Of a stretch of 64,000 nucleotides of DNA, positions 26,792 through 36,916 are shown piece by piece; positions within the stretch are counted from its first letter, which is position 1; each line of letters begins with the position of its first letter. Under the pieces are notes generated by a model that saw nothing but the letters and a program-made list of their open reading frames with translations, did no database searches and was not told where the DNA came from. The position numbers and the translations under genes are program-made. Source of the stretch: a bacterium. GTDB taxonomy: Bacteria > Patescibacteriota > Minisyncoccia > UBA6257 > GWB1-50-10. The stretch is taken from the NCBI GenBank assembly GCA_021812365.1, contig JAKANQ010000001.1, positions 32,763 to 96,762 on the forward strand, read 5' to 3'.

Positions 26792-28007
26792 ATCTTAGTG
26801 CTTCAATCGGATTCAATTTTGCCGCTCGGCGCGCGGGATAATATCCGAAGATGATTCCAATTGCAGCCGAAACTCCGAAGGCAAGCATCACTGACGTTGT
26901 TGAGACTGTAGTTGTAATGCTTGCAAACGTTGAAATGAGCCACGCGAAGAACCAGCCGAATAGCACACCGATCAATCCACCAAGGAATGTAAGCATTATT
27001 GATTCCGCAAGGAATTGCGTGCTTATATCCTTTTTCTTCGCACCAATCGCCTTTCTAAGGCCTATTTCGCGTGTTCGCTCGGTTACGGTGGTCAACATCA
27101 TATTCATGATGCCAATGCCGCCCACGAGAAGAGATATGCCCGCGATTGCGCCAAGAAGTATCGTGAATATTCCTGTCACCGAGGATGCGGTTGCAACGAT
27201 GTCCGCTTGGTTTATAACACTGAAATCGGCTTTGGTGGGATCTTTGATATTGTGCCGCTCAAGTAAAATATCTGTTATTTGCTGTTGAATGGCGGACATT
27301 GAGTTCGCGTCTTCTGCGGCGATACTGATGGATGTGACATAAGTATCTCCCGCAAGGTATCGCTGCGCGGTTGAAAGCGGAACGAATACCATATCATCTT
27401 GACTTCCAAATCCACTGCCACCCTTTGCTTTTGTAACTCCTATTATCTTGAAGTCAACCTTATTGATTCGTATCGTCTGCCCTATGGGGTCGCTATCGGT
27501 TCCAAAAAGGTCATCTCGCGTAGTGGGTCCGATGACCGCAACGCGGGAAAGACTTTTCACATTTTGATCACTGATGAATGTACCACTATCAACTTCGACA
27601 TTACGTACGGTCGGATACGAAGCGACGGTTCCCACCACCTGGGTATTTGTGTTCGTTCCTTTTGCGGTAACTTGATATCTGCGTGATATTTCAGGAGCGA
27701 CTGCTTTTGCGAGGTCAACTTCCTTTATGATGGCGTCCGCATCTTCCTGTGTCAGTGTTTGCGCGGTTCCGCGCCCCTCGCTTATTTGTACGCCAGGGCC
27801 GCGTTGTGCCCCCGGAGTGACGATGAGAAGGTTTGAACCGATTGATTGTATCTTTGATTCAATTGAGCTCTGCGCGCCCTGACCGATTGATACCATGGCA
27901 ATGACGGATCCGATACCTATTACGATACCAAGCATGGTAAGTCCGGTTCTCACCTTATTGACCGTAAGCGATGAATATGTTTCCGACAAAAGATCAGGTA
28001 GTTTCAT
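26784..28007 (-). CDS. MacB-like ABC transporter permease
   Basis: LTMLGIVIGIGSV, GGIGIMNMML, ERTREIGLRKAIGA, PIEALRYE. Confidence 0.92.
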   Translation of the reverse strand: MKLPDLLSETYSSLTVNKVRTGLTMLGIVIGIGSVIAMVSIGQGAQSSIESKIQSIGSNLLIVTPGAQRGPGVQISEGRGTAQTLTQEDADAIIKEVDLAKAVAPEISRRYQVTAKGTNTNTQVVGTVASYPTVRNVEVDSGTFISDQNVKSLSRVAVIGPTTRDDLFGTDSDPIGQTIRINKVDFKIIGVTKAKGGSGFGSQDDMVFVPLSTAQRYLAGDTYVTSISIAAEDANSMSAIQQQITDILLERHNIKDPTKADFSVINQADIVATASSVTGIFTILLGAIAGISLLVGGIGIMNMMLTTVTERTREIGLRKAIGAKKKDISTQFLAESIMLTFLGGLIGVLFGWFFAWLISTFASITTTVSTTSVMLAFGVSAAIGIIFGYYPARRAAKLNPIEALRYE

Positions 28008-28719
28008 GGGTATGATGAAGAGTTGCGACTCTTTTTGCACTATTTTCCTTATCTTCGATGATAAGTCCGTCCTGAATGTGTATTATCCTATCAGCGTGTT
28101 CTGCTACGTACCGTTCATGGGTGATTAATACTATGGTATGCGCATGATGTTCATTTAACTTTTGAAATGTATCAAGAACGATCTCTCCGGTTTTAGAATC
28201 AAGATTTCCCGTAGGCTCATCGGCAAAGATTATGCTCGGATTATTCACGAGTGCGCGCGCAATAGCCACGCGCTGCATCTGTCCTCCCGAAAGCTGATTT
28301 GAAAGATGATTCCAGCGCCCTTCTTCAAGGCCCGCCGAAGTGAGCGCGTCTTTTGCGAGCATTTCACGTTTTTGTTTCGGAACTTCCGAATAAAGGAGCG
28401 GGAGCGTCACATTTCTCATGACAGTAGCTCGTGAAAGGAGGTTAAACGATTGGAATACGAATCCAATCTTATTTTTTCTTACGTCCGCCAATTCATCATC
28501 TGAGAGTTTTGACACATCTCGCCCATCCAGAAAATAGGTTCCCGATGTTGGACTGTCGAGAGCGCCTAAAATATGCATAAGTGTTGATTTGCCCGAACCA
28601 GAGGGGCCCATTATTGCCACATATTCCCCGTCATTGATGGTGAATGAGATTCCCTTGAGAACATCGGTCTCGGTTTCGCCGTTTTTATAGGTCTTTGTGA
28701 TATTTTTACACTCGATCAT
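27994..28719 (-). CDS. ABC transporter ATP-binding protein (MacB/LolD-like)
   Basis: [25 protein letters not shown]. Confidence 0.93.
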   Translation of the reverse strand: MIECKNITKTYKNGETETDVLKGISFTINDGEYVAIMGPSGSGKSTLMHILGALDSPTSGTYFLDGRDVSKLSDDELADVRKNKIGFVFQSFNLLSRATVMRNVTLPLLYSEVPKQKREMLAKDALTSAGLEEGRWNHLSNQLSGGQMQRVAIARALVNNPSIIFADEPTGNLDSKTGEIVLDTFQKLNEHHAHTIVLITHERYVAEHADRIIHIQDGLIIEDKENSAKRVATLHHTHETT

Positions 28720-28727
28720 GATGGTGG

Positions 28728-30314
28728 TTATCTGCCAAATCCGGGAATTCTCAATCCCGAACCTTGAGTTTGCGTGGTCGTCTTTGCGGTGGGAGCTATG
28801 CTCCGCGTCACCACCTCATCGCCTTCCTGAAGTCCGCTTACTATTTCGGTCATCGTGTCATTTGAAGCGCCTATCGTCACTGTTTGTTCCTTTGGCACTG
28901 CCTCAGTCGTTGTCGTATTTTGCGCAGTGTCAATTATTTCAACATAATGCTCATTTCCTTGGTTCTTTACCGCCGCGTTGGGAACAAGCAAAACATCCTG
29001 CTTGATGTTGGTTATTATCGCGGCAGTTACGCTCATGCCCGGTTTAATTCCGCTGTCTTTGCCATCAAATCCAACTTTTACATTGTATGTAACGACTCCT
29101 TGAGAAATGGTTCCTATCGTATCGATTTCAATTACTTTTCCGGTCAAACTCAAGCCATCGAGAGCGTCGAATGTGAGCGTTGCTTTTTGCCCTATTTTCA
29201 CCTTTGATACGTCAACTTCGTTGAGCGCTATTTCGGCGTAGAAATTTGAAGAAATGAGCGTCGCAAAGACAGATGAAGGTGATGCGGTATCCCCAACCTC
29301 CGGAGTCACTGTTGCAATTACGCCGCTAAACGGTGCGCGTATCGTGTAATACTGAAGCGCAGCTTGTGCGTCAGCAAGCGCGTTTTCTCGCTGTCGTATC
29401 GTAAGTTCTTGAGATGCTACATCATATGGCGCATTCGTGATCGAAGAGAGGACGGAGGAAAGATTCGCAATATGCGGATTTATTTCAGAGGTGTATGTGG
29501 TAAGATCCGTCTTATGTTTGAGGATAAGAGATGAATAGATAGTCGGAATCGTTCTGCCTCGCTGCGTATAATAATCGTTCACATAGTCGAGAACGTTGGT
29601 GGTGTTTTTTATCGCGTCGGCAGTCTTTGTCGCGACATCGGCTGTCTCATTTGCAAATGCCACGATTGTATCTTGCGAATCGTTTCTGTTCAATGTGTGA
29701 TAATTTGCGAACGTCGTATCATAGGCGTTACGAGCGGTCTGATAGCTTGATTCAGCGCTATTCACAAGCGGCGTGATGGCATCTCTGTCCTGCGGATCTA
29801 TGAGGTTAAGATATGAGACGATTGTTTTATCGTGAAGCGCGTCATTCAAGCCCGTCATGATGGTCGGCAGATCAAGGAATGTATTTGAAATCTCGTTATA
29901 TGTATCCGAAACGAGCTGATCGGTGTTTGCGCCAGATTCCTTTAGAATGGTGAGCTGGAGTTTGCTTGAATCAAGATTCACTTCGGCATCGCGCACCGCC
30001 TTTTCTGCATCCGTAGTATCCAGACGGCCTATTACCTCCCCCTCCGAAACATATTGTCCGTTATGAACAAGAATCGAGGTGATTCTTCCCGATGTTTCCG
30101 GTTTTATGTCGATTTGGTTCAATACCGAGACCTGACCGCTTCCCGATACTGAAGTAACAAGGGTGCCTTTTTCCGCAGCCGAGGAGACATATTGCGTGGA
30201 GGGTGTCGCGGCGGTAAGTTTCGCATAACCATAGTATGCCGTTGTGGCCATCACTATTGCGAGAACGACTGATGTAATTCTATGTCCGGAGATCCAATGC
30301 GTAATTTTTTTCAT
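28728..30314 (-). CDS. MacA-like periplasmic adaptor
   Basis: TM, lipoyl halves, IRAPFSG, KPGMSV, VPNAAV, GLQEGDEVV. Confidence 0.88.
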   Translation of the reverse strand: MKKITHWISGHRITSVVLAIVMATTAYYGYAKLTAATPSTQYVSSAAEKGTLVTSVSGSGQVSVLNQIDIKPETSGRITSILVHNGQYVSEGEVIGRLDTTDAEKAVRDAEVNLDSSKLQLTILKESGANTDQLVSDTYNEISNTFLDLPTIMTGLNDALHDKTIVSYLNLIDPQDRDAITPLVNSAESSYQTARNAYDTTFANYHTLNRNDSQDTIVAFANETADVATKTADAIKNTTNVLDYVNDYYTQRGRTIPTIYSSLILKHKTDLTTYTSEINPHIANLSSVLSSITNAPYDVASQELTIRQRENALADAQAALQYYTIRAPFSGVIATVTPEVGDTASPSSVFATLISSNFYAEIALNEVDVSKVKIGQKATLTFDALDGLSLTGKVIEIDTIGTISQGVVTYNVKVGFDGKDSGIKPGMSVTAAIITNIKQDVLLVPNAAVKNQGNEHYVEIIDTAQNTTTTEAVPKEQTVTIGASNDTMTEIVSGLQEGDEVVTRSIAPTAKTTTQTQGSGLRIPGFGR

Positions 30315-30317
30315 AGA

Positions 30318-30812
30318 TTATTGTGGGTTTGTTGAGGAAGGGGTTTGTGGAGGAGGCGGTAAAACTCTTACCAATTTTGCCTCTATCTGTCCTTCTTCGT
30401 TCGGATTACCCAAGACCGCCACCCATTCTCCGGGTTTCAAATCACTCGCAAGCACGTCGTCTCTAAATCGTTTGATGAGCGTGGAACTTGAAAGAAGGAC
30501 CGCCTTCTCCGCGCCGTCACGATCTTGAATGATGAGCGTGGAACTTGAATTCTTCAGTATCGGACCTCCTACGCCATGTCCCATCAAAAATTCCCCACCA
30601 CGAAACCCTTCATTGATACCCATCCTTTCGCGCCCCATGAAATTACGATAGTAATTATTTCCCCAGTTATATGAGAAAGAGGCCTTTCTTATTCCCACAT
30701 ACTCACCCGCTTTAAAGGCGAGCAATAAGACGAAAAGCGCGCCCACGATGCGAATCACATATTTTGCGGCTTTCGAATTTATTATTTCCTGCAGTTTTGT
30801 TTTTGTATTCAT
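30318..30812 (-). CDS. Hypothetical membrane-anchored protein (DUF5666-like)
   Basis: TM plus a small beta domain similar to 26354..26791. Confidence 0.6.
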   Translation of the reverse strand: MNTKTKLQEIINSKAAKYVIRIVGALFVLLLAFKAGEYVGIRKASFSYNWGNNYYRNFMGRERMGINEGFRGGEFLMGHGVGGPILKNSSSTLIIQDRDGAEKAVLLSSSTLIKRFRDDVLASDLKPGEWVAVLGNPNEEGQIEAKLVRVLPPPPQTPSSTNPQ

Positions 30813-30818
30813 ATGTTT

Positions 30819-31235
30819 TTAAATAGTTACGAACGTCGACTTCATTGTTGCTCTTATATTGAGTAGCAGCTGCCGCATTGAGAATAGGAAGAGAAACACG
30901 CTTCCGAATATTCCCACAGTGGCGAATATGGGTAAGGATTCCGCAAGTGACATAAGGAAGTCCTGCCAGTATGTGGCTACAATCTTTGCGTCGGAAAAAA
31001 GAAGAGATACGAATTGCAAAAAGCCCGATTGCGCGAATTCGCTGTAGAATTCCTTTGATACCGAAATAAGCGCAATGAGAGCGACAAATGTCATTGCGCC
31101 AAATAAAACAATGCGCGTATATACCGTGCCCCTTTTCTTCTTCGCCTCAATTTGGAGCATCGCTCCGCGTATAAGCCATTCGGGGGCTCCCTTTTCGGGC
31201 AGATACGAGAATAATTTTTTGTAATCGTTTTGCAT
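30819..31235 (-). CDS. Putative membrane anti-sigma factor
   Basis: Two TMs; directly downstream of the ECF sigma. Confidence 0.55.
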   Translation of the reverse strand: MQNDYKKLFSYLPEKGAPEWLIRGAMLQIEAKKKRGTVYTRIVLFGAMTFVALIALISVSKEFYSEFAQSGFLQFVSLLFSDAKIVATYWQDFLMSLAESLPIFATVGIFGSVFLFLFSMRQLLLNIRATMKSTFVTI

Positions 31236-31286
31236 GGTCCGACTCCTACTCTAGTACAACGATAACGTCATTTCGGGTGCAATCCT

Positions 31287-31847
31287 TTAATAATCGAAGT
31301 TTTTCTTTAATTGCATAAGTGCTCGACGGTGCTTGCTTTTTATAGTATTAATCGACTCATTTTCCAGCTCGGCTATCTCTTGAAGGGACAGCTCCTCTTT
31401 ATAATGGAGTAAAAGAATCGAGCGATATATGGGATTCAGCGCATCAATTGCCTTTGAAAGCTGAAGACCGAGATCGGCGCGCGTGAAGAGTTCTTCGGGT
31501 AGAGGTGAATCATCCGCAATCGTTTCTATGAAATTTTCCGGCTCATCGCGTTCATTACTAACGGGGACATCGGAAAAAAGCTTAGGTTTTTTCTTTTTAA
31601 GCCAATTAAACGAAGCATTTTTTGCAATGGCAAAGATCCATGTTTTGAATTTTTTTGTTCGGTCGAATCTTTCAATGTTCTTCCATGCGCTTACGAATAC
31701 ATCCTGCGTGATATCTTCGGCATCTCCCGCATTCCCCACAAGGTAATAGATGTAATTATAAATAGGCCCCATATACTCTTTTATAAGAGTTTCGAGCGCA
31801 TACTGATCGCCACGCAAGAACGCATATATAAGTTCCTCATCTTTCAT
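31287..31847 (-). CDS. ECF RNA polymerase sigma factor
   Basis: DAEDITQDVF, FKTWIFAIAKN, LSLQEIAE...TIKSKHRRA. Confidence 0.92.
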   Translation of the reverse strand: MKDEELIYAFLRGDQYALETLIKEYMGPIYNYIYYLVGNAGDAEDITQDVFVSAWKNIERFDRTKKFKTWIFAIAKNASFNWLKKKKPKLFSDVPVSNERDEPENFIETIADDSPLPEELFTRADLGLQLSKAIDALNPIYRSILLLHYKEELSLQEIAELENESINTIKSKHRRALMQLKKNFDY

Positions 31848-32015
31848 GTTTGTATCACTTTAAATAGTATTCTCAATTTATGCGAATGAAAACCTCGCCT
31901 CCCTATTACGCAAAATGGATTATTTTTTATTTGGTTTCTCGAATGCGGGCTTTTCCTTCGCTCATTATAGCAATCTAATTCTCAAAAATCGTGAGTTTTG
32001 TGATATGCTAAAGAG

Positions 32016-32615
32016 ATGACGGGGCTTAGCACCACAGCGATAATCGCGCTTCTTATCAAATATAGGTATTTCCTTATTTTCCCCATTGCTGTTCTTGAGG
32101 GTCCAATCATATCAATGGTTGTGGGGTTTCTTATTTATGCCGGATATCTGAACGGCATTGTCGCATTCGGCCTGCTGATTCTTGCCGATCTCGTGGGAGA
32201 TTCATTTTATTATTTCTTGGGCAGATTCGGACGAAAACGATTTCTTACAAAATATGGGCGTTATATAGGTATGAATGAAGCAAGGATTCTCGTTCTTGAG
32301 AAGCAATTTGAAAAAAACCATTGGAAGATACTTGCGGTGGGAAAGACGCAGGCAATAGGTTCGCTCATTCTTGTGGCGGCAGGGGTCGCAAAGGCGCCTT
32401 TCAATAAATTTTTATGGTATAACCTGCTTGGCTCATTTCCCAAAACACTCCTCTTCATCCTTATTGGATATTTCTTCGGTCATGGCTATCTGGAAATCAA
32501 TAAATTCTCGGGATATACCGGCTGGGTTTCCATCTCGTTGTCGATTTTGCTTGTATTCTCGTATATCATGGTAAGACTTTATTTAAAGAAAAAGAACAGA
32601 CTTAATGGCCAATAG
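32016..32615 (+). CDS. DedA/VTT-family membrane protein
   Basis: LEGP, GDSFYYFLGR, AAGVAK..F.KFLWYNLLGS. Confidence 0.88.
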   Translation: MTGLSTTAIIALLIKYRYFLIFPIAVLEGPIISMVVGFLIYAGYLNGIVAFGLLILADLVGDSFYYFLGRFGRKRFLTKYGRYIGMNEARILVLEKQFEKNHWKILAVGKTQAIGSLILVAAGVAKAPFNKFLWYNLLGSFPKTLLFILIGYFFGHGYLEINKFSGYTGWVSISLSILLVFSYIMVRLYLKKKNRLNGQ

Positions 32616-33642
32616 AGAAAAGGTGCTTATTGTTACGGATGCATGGCGGCCTCAAAAGAATGGCGTGGTCATCGCATTGGAAAAAATGAAAGAGCTTCTT
32701 GAGAAAAAAGGGTATGACGTGTCAATCGCCCATCCTTATCTTTCTTCATTCAGGCTTCCGCTCTTTTTCTATCCCGAAATAGAATTTTCCATTTTTCCCT
32801 CTCGAATCATTCGCGCCATGGTTGCGCAAGAAATGCCCGATTATATCCACATCGCTACCGAAGGGCCGCTTGGTCTTGCGGCACGCAATCATTGCGTAAG
32901 AAATAAGATACGCTTTACCACCTCGTACCATACTCACTACCCCATCTACTTGAAGCTAAGGTTCGGTTTTCTATTTGATGCGGCATACCGGTATATTCGA
33001 TGGCTTCATCGTGATGCAGTACGGACGATGGTGGCCACTGAAACCATGAAGGATGAACTTCAGAAGAGGAAATTTGAGCACCTTGTAATTTGGCCGCTCG
33101 GCGTTGATATAGATTTTTTCAAGAAAAACGAGCACGCAGTACCTCCTGATTATTTGAAAAATGCCAAGAAACCAATTTTCATATATTTTGGAAGGGTTGC
33201 AATCGAAAAAAACGTGGAAGCGTTCCTGAGATGCGATTTACCGGGAACAAAACTCGTTGTGGGCGGAGGGCCACAATGTGCGGAGCTTAAAAGGAAATAC
33301 GGCGATAATGCGTTATTTACGCATATGGAGGGCTATAAAAAAGATGAGGAATTAATCGATCTTTTGTCGCTCGCCGATGTATTCGTATTTCCATCCAAGA
33401 CGGAAACCTTTGGCCTTGTCGCACTCGAGGCTCTTGCCTGTGAGCTTCCCGTCGCCGCATATAATGTCATGGGACCAAAAGATATCGTAAGAAATGACAT
33501 CGATGGCATATTGGATGATGACCTCAAAAAAGCTGCACTCCGGTGCCTTGCGCTTCCTCGGAAGCGGCTTAGGGAACGAGCTCTCACATTTTCATGGAAT
33601 AACTCAGCGGAAACGTTCGTAAATAATCTCGCTAAGAATTAG
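32605..33642 (+). CDS. GT4 glycosyltransferase
   Basis: TDAWRPQKNGVV, HIATEGPLG, FPSKTETFGLVALEALAC. Confidence 0.9.
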   Translation: MANREKVLIVTDAWRPQKNGVVIALEKMKELLEKKGYDVSIAHPYLSSFRLPLFFYPEIEFSIFPSRIIRAMVAQEMPDYIHIATEGPLGLAARNHCVRNKIRFTTSYHTHYPIYLKLRFGFLFDAAYRYIRWLHRDAVRTMVATETMKDELQKRKFEHLVIWPLGVDIDFFKKNEHAVPPDYLKNAKKPIFIYFGRVAIEKNVEAFLRCDLPGTKLVVGGGPQCAELKRKYGDNALFTHMEGYKKDEELIDLLSLADVFVFPSKTETFGLVALEALACELPVAAYNVMGPKDIVRNDIDGILDDDLKKAALRCLALPRKRLRERALTFSWNNSAETFVNNLAKN

Positions 33643-34331
33643 TGGGATTTTCTGTCCACTTTCAGCTTGTGCATCCTATAATTTTGCTTAATTATACCCT
33701 TTACGCTTACGAGTTGAATGATTTCGCGTATCATTTTGATATCGCCCCAAATGCCTTTCCAGAATCCTGCTTTCGCGGATTTTCTTGGAGTTATCACATT
33801 CTTCCATTTCACTATCTTGATACGATGTGAATTATCTATGAGCACCTGATTAAAAAATGATTCGATTGCAAAACTTGGCAATTTCTCAATATCATCTAAA
33901 TGCGGCGCTATAATGGCCTTTTTAAATACTCTTTCCCCCGAGATATAATCCATGCCGATAAGATGCATTATTGGAAGACTGTTCTTTCTCAAGCTTATCG
34001 ATATATCAGCTTCACCATTCAAAACCGGCTCAATGAGCCTTGTCACATCTTCTTTGCATATGCCGACAAGGTCCGCATCAAGCATGCATAGATAATCGAA
34101 TTTTGCGTTGCGAATTCCCGTCACTACCGCAAAACTCTTCCCCCTATTTTTGGGAAGGTTGATGAGAGTGACCCCAGGCCATCGTTCCACTACCTCCTTG
34201 GTAGTGTCCGAGGAACCGTCATTAACGACAATAACCTCATCTATCAATGGATGGTTTTCAACCGCACTCAATACGTTGTGTATTCGTTTCCCCTCATTGT
34301 ATGCCGCAATTACGCAAGAAACCCCCTTCAT
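33639..34331 (-). CDS. GT2 glycosyltransferase
   Basis: VIAAYNE, VVNDGSSD, LDADL. Confidence 0.88.
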   Translation of the reverse strand: MKGVSCVIAAYNEGKRIHNVLSAVENHPLIDEVIVVNDGSSDTTKEVVERWPGVTLINLPKNRGKSFAVVTGIRNAKFDYLCMLDADLVGICKEDVTRLIEPVLNGEADISISLRKNSLPIMHLIGMDYISGERVFKKAIIAPHLDDIEKLPSFAIESFFNQVLIDNSHRIKIVKWKNVITPRKSAKAGFWKGIWGDIKMIREIIQLVSVKGIIKQNYRMHKLKVDRKSH

Positions 34332-34332
34332 A

Positions 34333-34968
34333 TTATGCGGCGAAAAGCGCATAATCCTTCGAGAAGATCTTACGTGCGATATTGTATATTCCAAATGCAA
34401 TGAAGAACGCGGAAAATACATCAATCGAATAGTGAAGGTGTCCAAGAAGCACGCTTACCGCGCCCGCAATGGTCGAAATAAGGAAGAAATATTTCCAAAT
34501 ATCCCTCTTCCAATAAATGAGAGCGAGCATGAATGGAAGCCCCGTATGCGCTGAGAAGAAAAGATCGTCACCGGAACTTATTACATCCAATCCTTTTATG
34601 CCGTACCCTTGAGCTCCCGCGATTGGCGGGGCCAAGTGAGTGAGTACCATGAAAAACGACCGTATCACCACAAAAAGCGCGATGCTTTTCAATACGAAAG
34701 GGAGATCCCTCGGCTCATAGAGGAGCAGCATCACTAAGATAATCAAGAAGAGAAGCGCTCCATAGATGAACATAAAACTCATATCGATGATGGGGAGCCT
34801 ATCAAGGATGAGGTCCGTTACCACGTTGCTGGCGCTTATTGAGGTATAAATATTGGCAAAATAGTTTACAAAAAGGCTTGCCACAAGGAATAAGAGGCCC
34901 ATAAGCCCGCTCATAAGCGAGGGGCGTTTAAACCAGAATGACCTATGCTTTTGTAGTACTTCTTTCAT
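34333..34968 (-). CDS. PAP2 / sphingomyelin-synthase-like membrane protein
   Basis: DLFFSAHT and HLHYSIDV motifs; ~6 TMs. Confidence 0.75.
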   Translation of the reverse strand: MKEVLQKHRSFWFKRPSLMSGLMGLLFLVASLFVNYFANIYTSISASNVVTDLILDRLPIIDMSFMFIYGALLFLIILVMLLLYEPRDLPFVLKSIALFVVIRSFFMVLTHLAPPIAGAQGYGIKGLDVISSGDDLFFSAHTGLPFMLALIYWKRDIWKYFFLISTIAGAVSVLLGHLHYSIDVFSAFFIAFGIYNIARKIFSKDYALFAA

Positions 34969-35074
34969 AATAAAAGGCTTCTTCCTATTATAGCAGAGAT
35001 CCGTTTTTCAAAGCTTTCACGCATCCTTATTTTTTAGTATACTGTTACTGTAACGCATACACAAACATAAAACA

Positions 35075-35638
35075 ATGATTATTATAAATTCAGCGGTGCC
35101 TGATTTCGAGGTAGATATGTTTCAAGGGGACGAGATAAAGAAGATAAAACTTTCTGAATATAAAGGGAAATGGGTCGCACTCATCTTCTATCCTGCGGAT
35201 TTTACATTCGTATGTCCGACCGAGCTCGAAGATGCGCAGTCGCATTATGAGGAAATAAAGAAGTTAGGTGGAGAAATTTTAAGTGTGAGTACCGATACCG
35301 CATTCGTGCACAAGGCGTGGCATGACAGTTCGCCCGCCATTGGAAAGATCCGGTATCCGATGGTGGCTGACCCCACGGGAAATCTTTCAAGGATGTTTGG
35401 AACATATATTGAAAGCGAGGGTGTTTCATTGAGAGGTACATTCATAATCGATCCTGATGGAGTGCTAAAGACAATAGAGATTCACGACAACAGTATCGGA
35501 AGGAGTGCAAAGGAATTAGTGAGAAAACTTGAGGCCGCCAAATTCGTTCGAGAACACAAAGGAAATGTATGTCCCGCAAGTTGGGAGCCTGGAAAAGAAG
35601 TTCTTACGCCAGGAATCGATCTTATCGGAAAGATCTAA
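35075..35638 (+). CDS. ahpC: 2-Cys peroxiredoxin
   Basis: FYPADFTFVCPTE and VCPASW. Confidence 0.95.
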   Translation: MIIINSAVPDFEVDMFQGDEIKKIKLSEYKGKWVALIFYPADFTFVCPTELEDAQSHYEEIKKLGGEILSVSTDTAFVHKAWHDSSPAIGKIRYPMVADPTGNLSRMFGTYIESEGVSLRGTFIIDPDGVLKTIEIHDNSIGRSAKELVRKLEAAKFVREHKGNVCPASWEPGKEVLTPGIDLIGKI

Positions 35639-35740
35639 AGACAGAAGAGAATCCCGCTCGTAAAAAAGCGGGGTTTTTGTTTGACTTTAGTAAATATGCG
35701 GAACATTATGAGATTAGAACTTCGTCAAATGGAGGCTTCC

Positions 35741-36361
35741 ATGATCATTGAAGTTGAGGGATTGAGCTGTGCCGGCAAGACCACGCAAGCGAAAATACTA
35801 GAAACTTTTTTTAATAGTATGGGATATAGCGTGACGATTGCGAATGAGCCTGGAATGACTGTTTTTGGGACTCACCTTGGCAAAGTCATTCATTCCGACA
35901 TGCCGCGCGACAGTCTCGCGGAAGCGCTCGCCCTTCTTTCAATGGAAGCGCAGCTCTATTCGGAAATCATCATGCCGGAACTTGTACTTCCCAATCACAT
36001 TATTCTTCGTGATGGTGGGCGAGGTACGCTCTTAAGTTACCTTTATACCAATACATCGCTTAGTATCGAATCGCTTACACGACTTATCAATAGTGCAACG
36101 CGAAATACGCGAATGACCATCTCTATTTTTATCGATGTTCCTCCTGAGATCGCACTGAGACGGCTTGCCGAAAGCAGTCCCAAAAGATCGCGTTCAAAAT
36201 TTGATGAACGGCCAAAGGAACTCCTTAAACGCCAGCGTGATGTACTTCGCATGCTTTCGGAGAATCATACGGATTGGATCGTGGTAAACGGAGTCTGTTC
36301 TCCAAACGATGTGTTCAGACAGATACAGCACAAGATTAAGACCGTAACATTGGTTTCCTGA
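35741..36361 (+). CDS. Thymidylate kinase-like protein (divergent)
   Basis: EGLSCAGKTTQ P-loop, NEPG, IDVPPEIALRR; the usual DR motif reads DG. Confidence 0.7.
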   Translation: MIIEVEGLSCAGKTTQAKILETFFNSMGYSVTIANEPGMTVFGTHLGKVIHSDMPRDSLAEALALLSMEAQLYSEIIMPELVLPNHIILRDGGRGTLLSYLYTNTSLSIESLTRLINSATRNTRMTISIFIDVPPEIALRRLAESSPKRSRSKFDERPKELLKRQRDVLRMLSENHTDWIVVNGVCSPNDVFRQIQHKIKTVTLVS

Positions 36362-36455
36362 TTGTTTTAACCCCGCTTACGCGGGGCTTTTTCTTAGTGC
36401 CGCTTTTGATTGTAATAAAAGCCCCCGATTATTTTCGGGGGAAAAGGTGTCCTAT

Positions 36456-36773
36456 CTATTTGAGGCGGGCAGTGACCGAAGTCATGATCTTCAGCTTTCC
36501 GGCGATGAGTCGGGCGATATCCGTTGCCCTTGAAAAGCTTTCATTCCTCGCCACCTCGAGAACGAGGGAGTCGTGTGCGGCCCCAAGTTTCTTGTTGTGA
36601 AAATGAAGGGTTCCGATTCTTTCCTCATTCATCACGATACCGAAACGTTCTCGCGGACGATGCAGGAGGATGACATCTCCTTCGTCATTCGTCAGTATAT
36701 ATCCCCGCTCCTCCAAAAATTGGCCCACTGCGAGGGATACCTCCATCGGCCCTGCTCCGCTCTTCCTGTTCAT
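36456..36773 (-). CDS. Hypothetical protein
   Basis: ORF with AAGGAGG 7 nt upstream. Confidence 0.55.
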   Translation of the reverse strand: MNRKSGAGPMEVSLAVGQFLEERGYILTNDEGDVILLHRPRERFGIVMNEERIGTLHFHNKKLGAAHDSLVLEVARNESFSRATDIARLIAGKLKIMTSVTARLK

Positions 36774-36916
36774 CTCGCGTCCTCCTTGTAAATGTGCGTA
36801 AGCGAACTGTTACAATATCTCATTTTTTATCTCATTTGTCAACTCATACTTTTTATTAATTGACAAAATCATCATTATCTATCAAAATTAGAACTCAGGT
36901 TTATTTCTACTTACCT

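Noticed and set aside
26354-31847. ECF sigma / anti-sigma / MacAB-like operon as a novel system
   Set aside because: Ordinary envelope-stress exporter arrangement; nothing unusual seen beyond two small accessory proteins.
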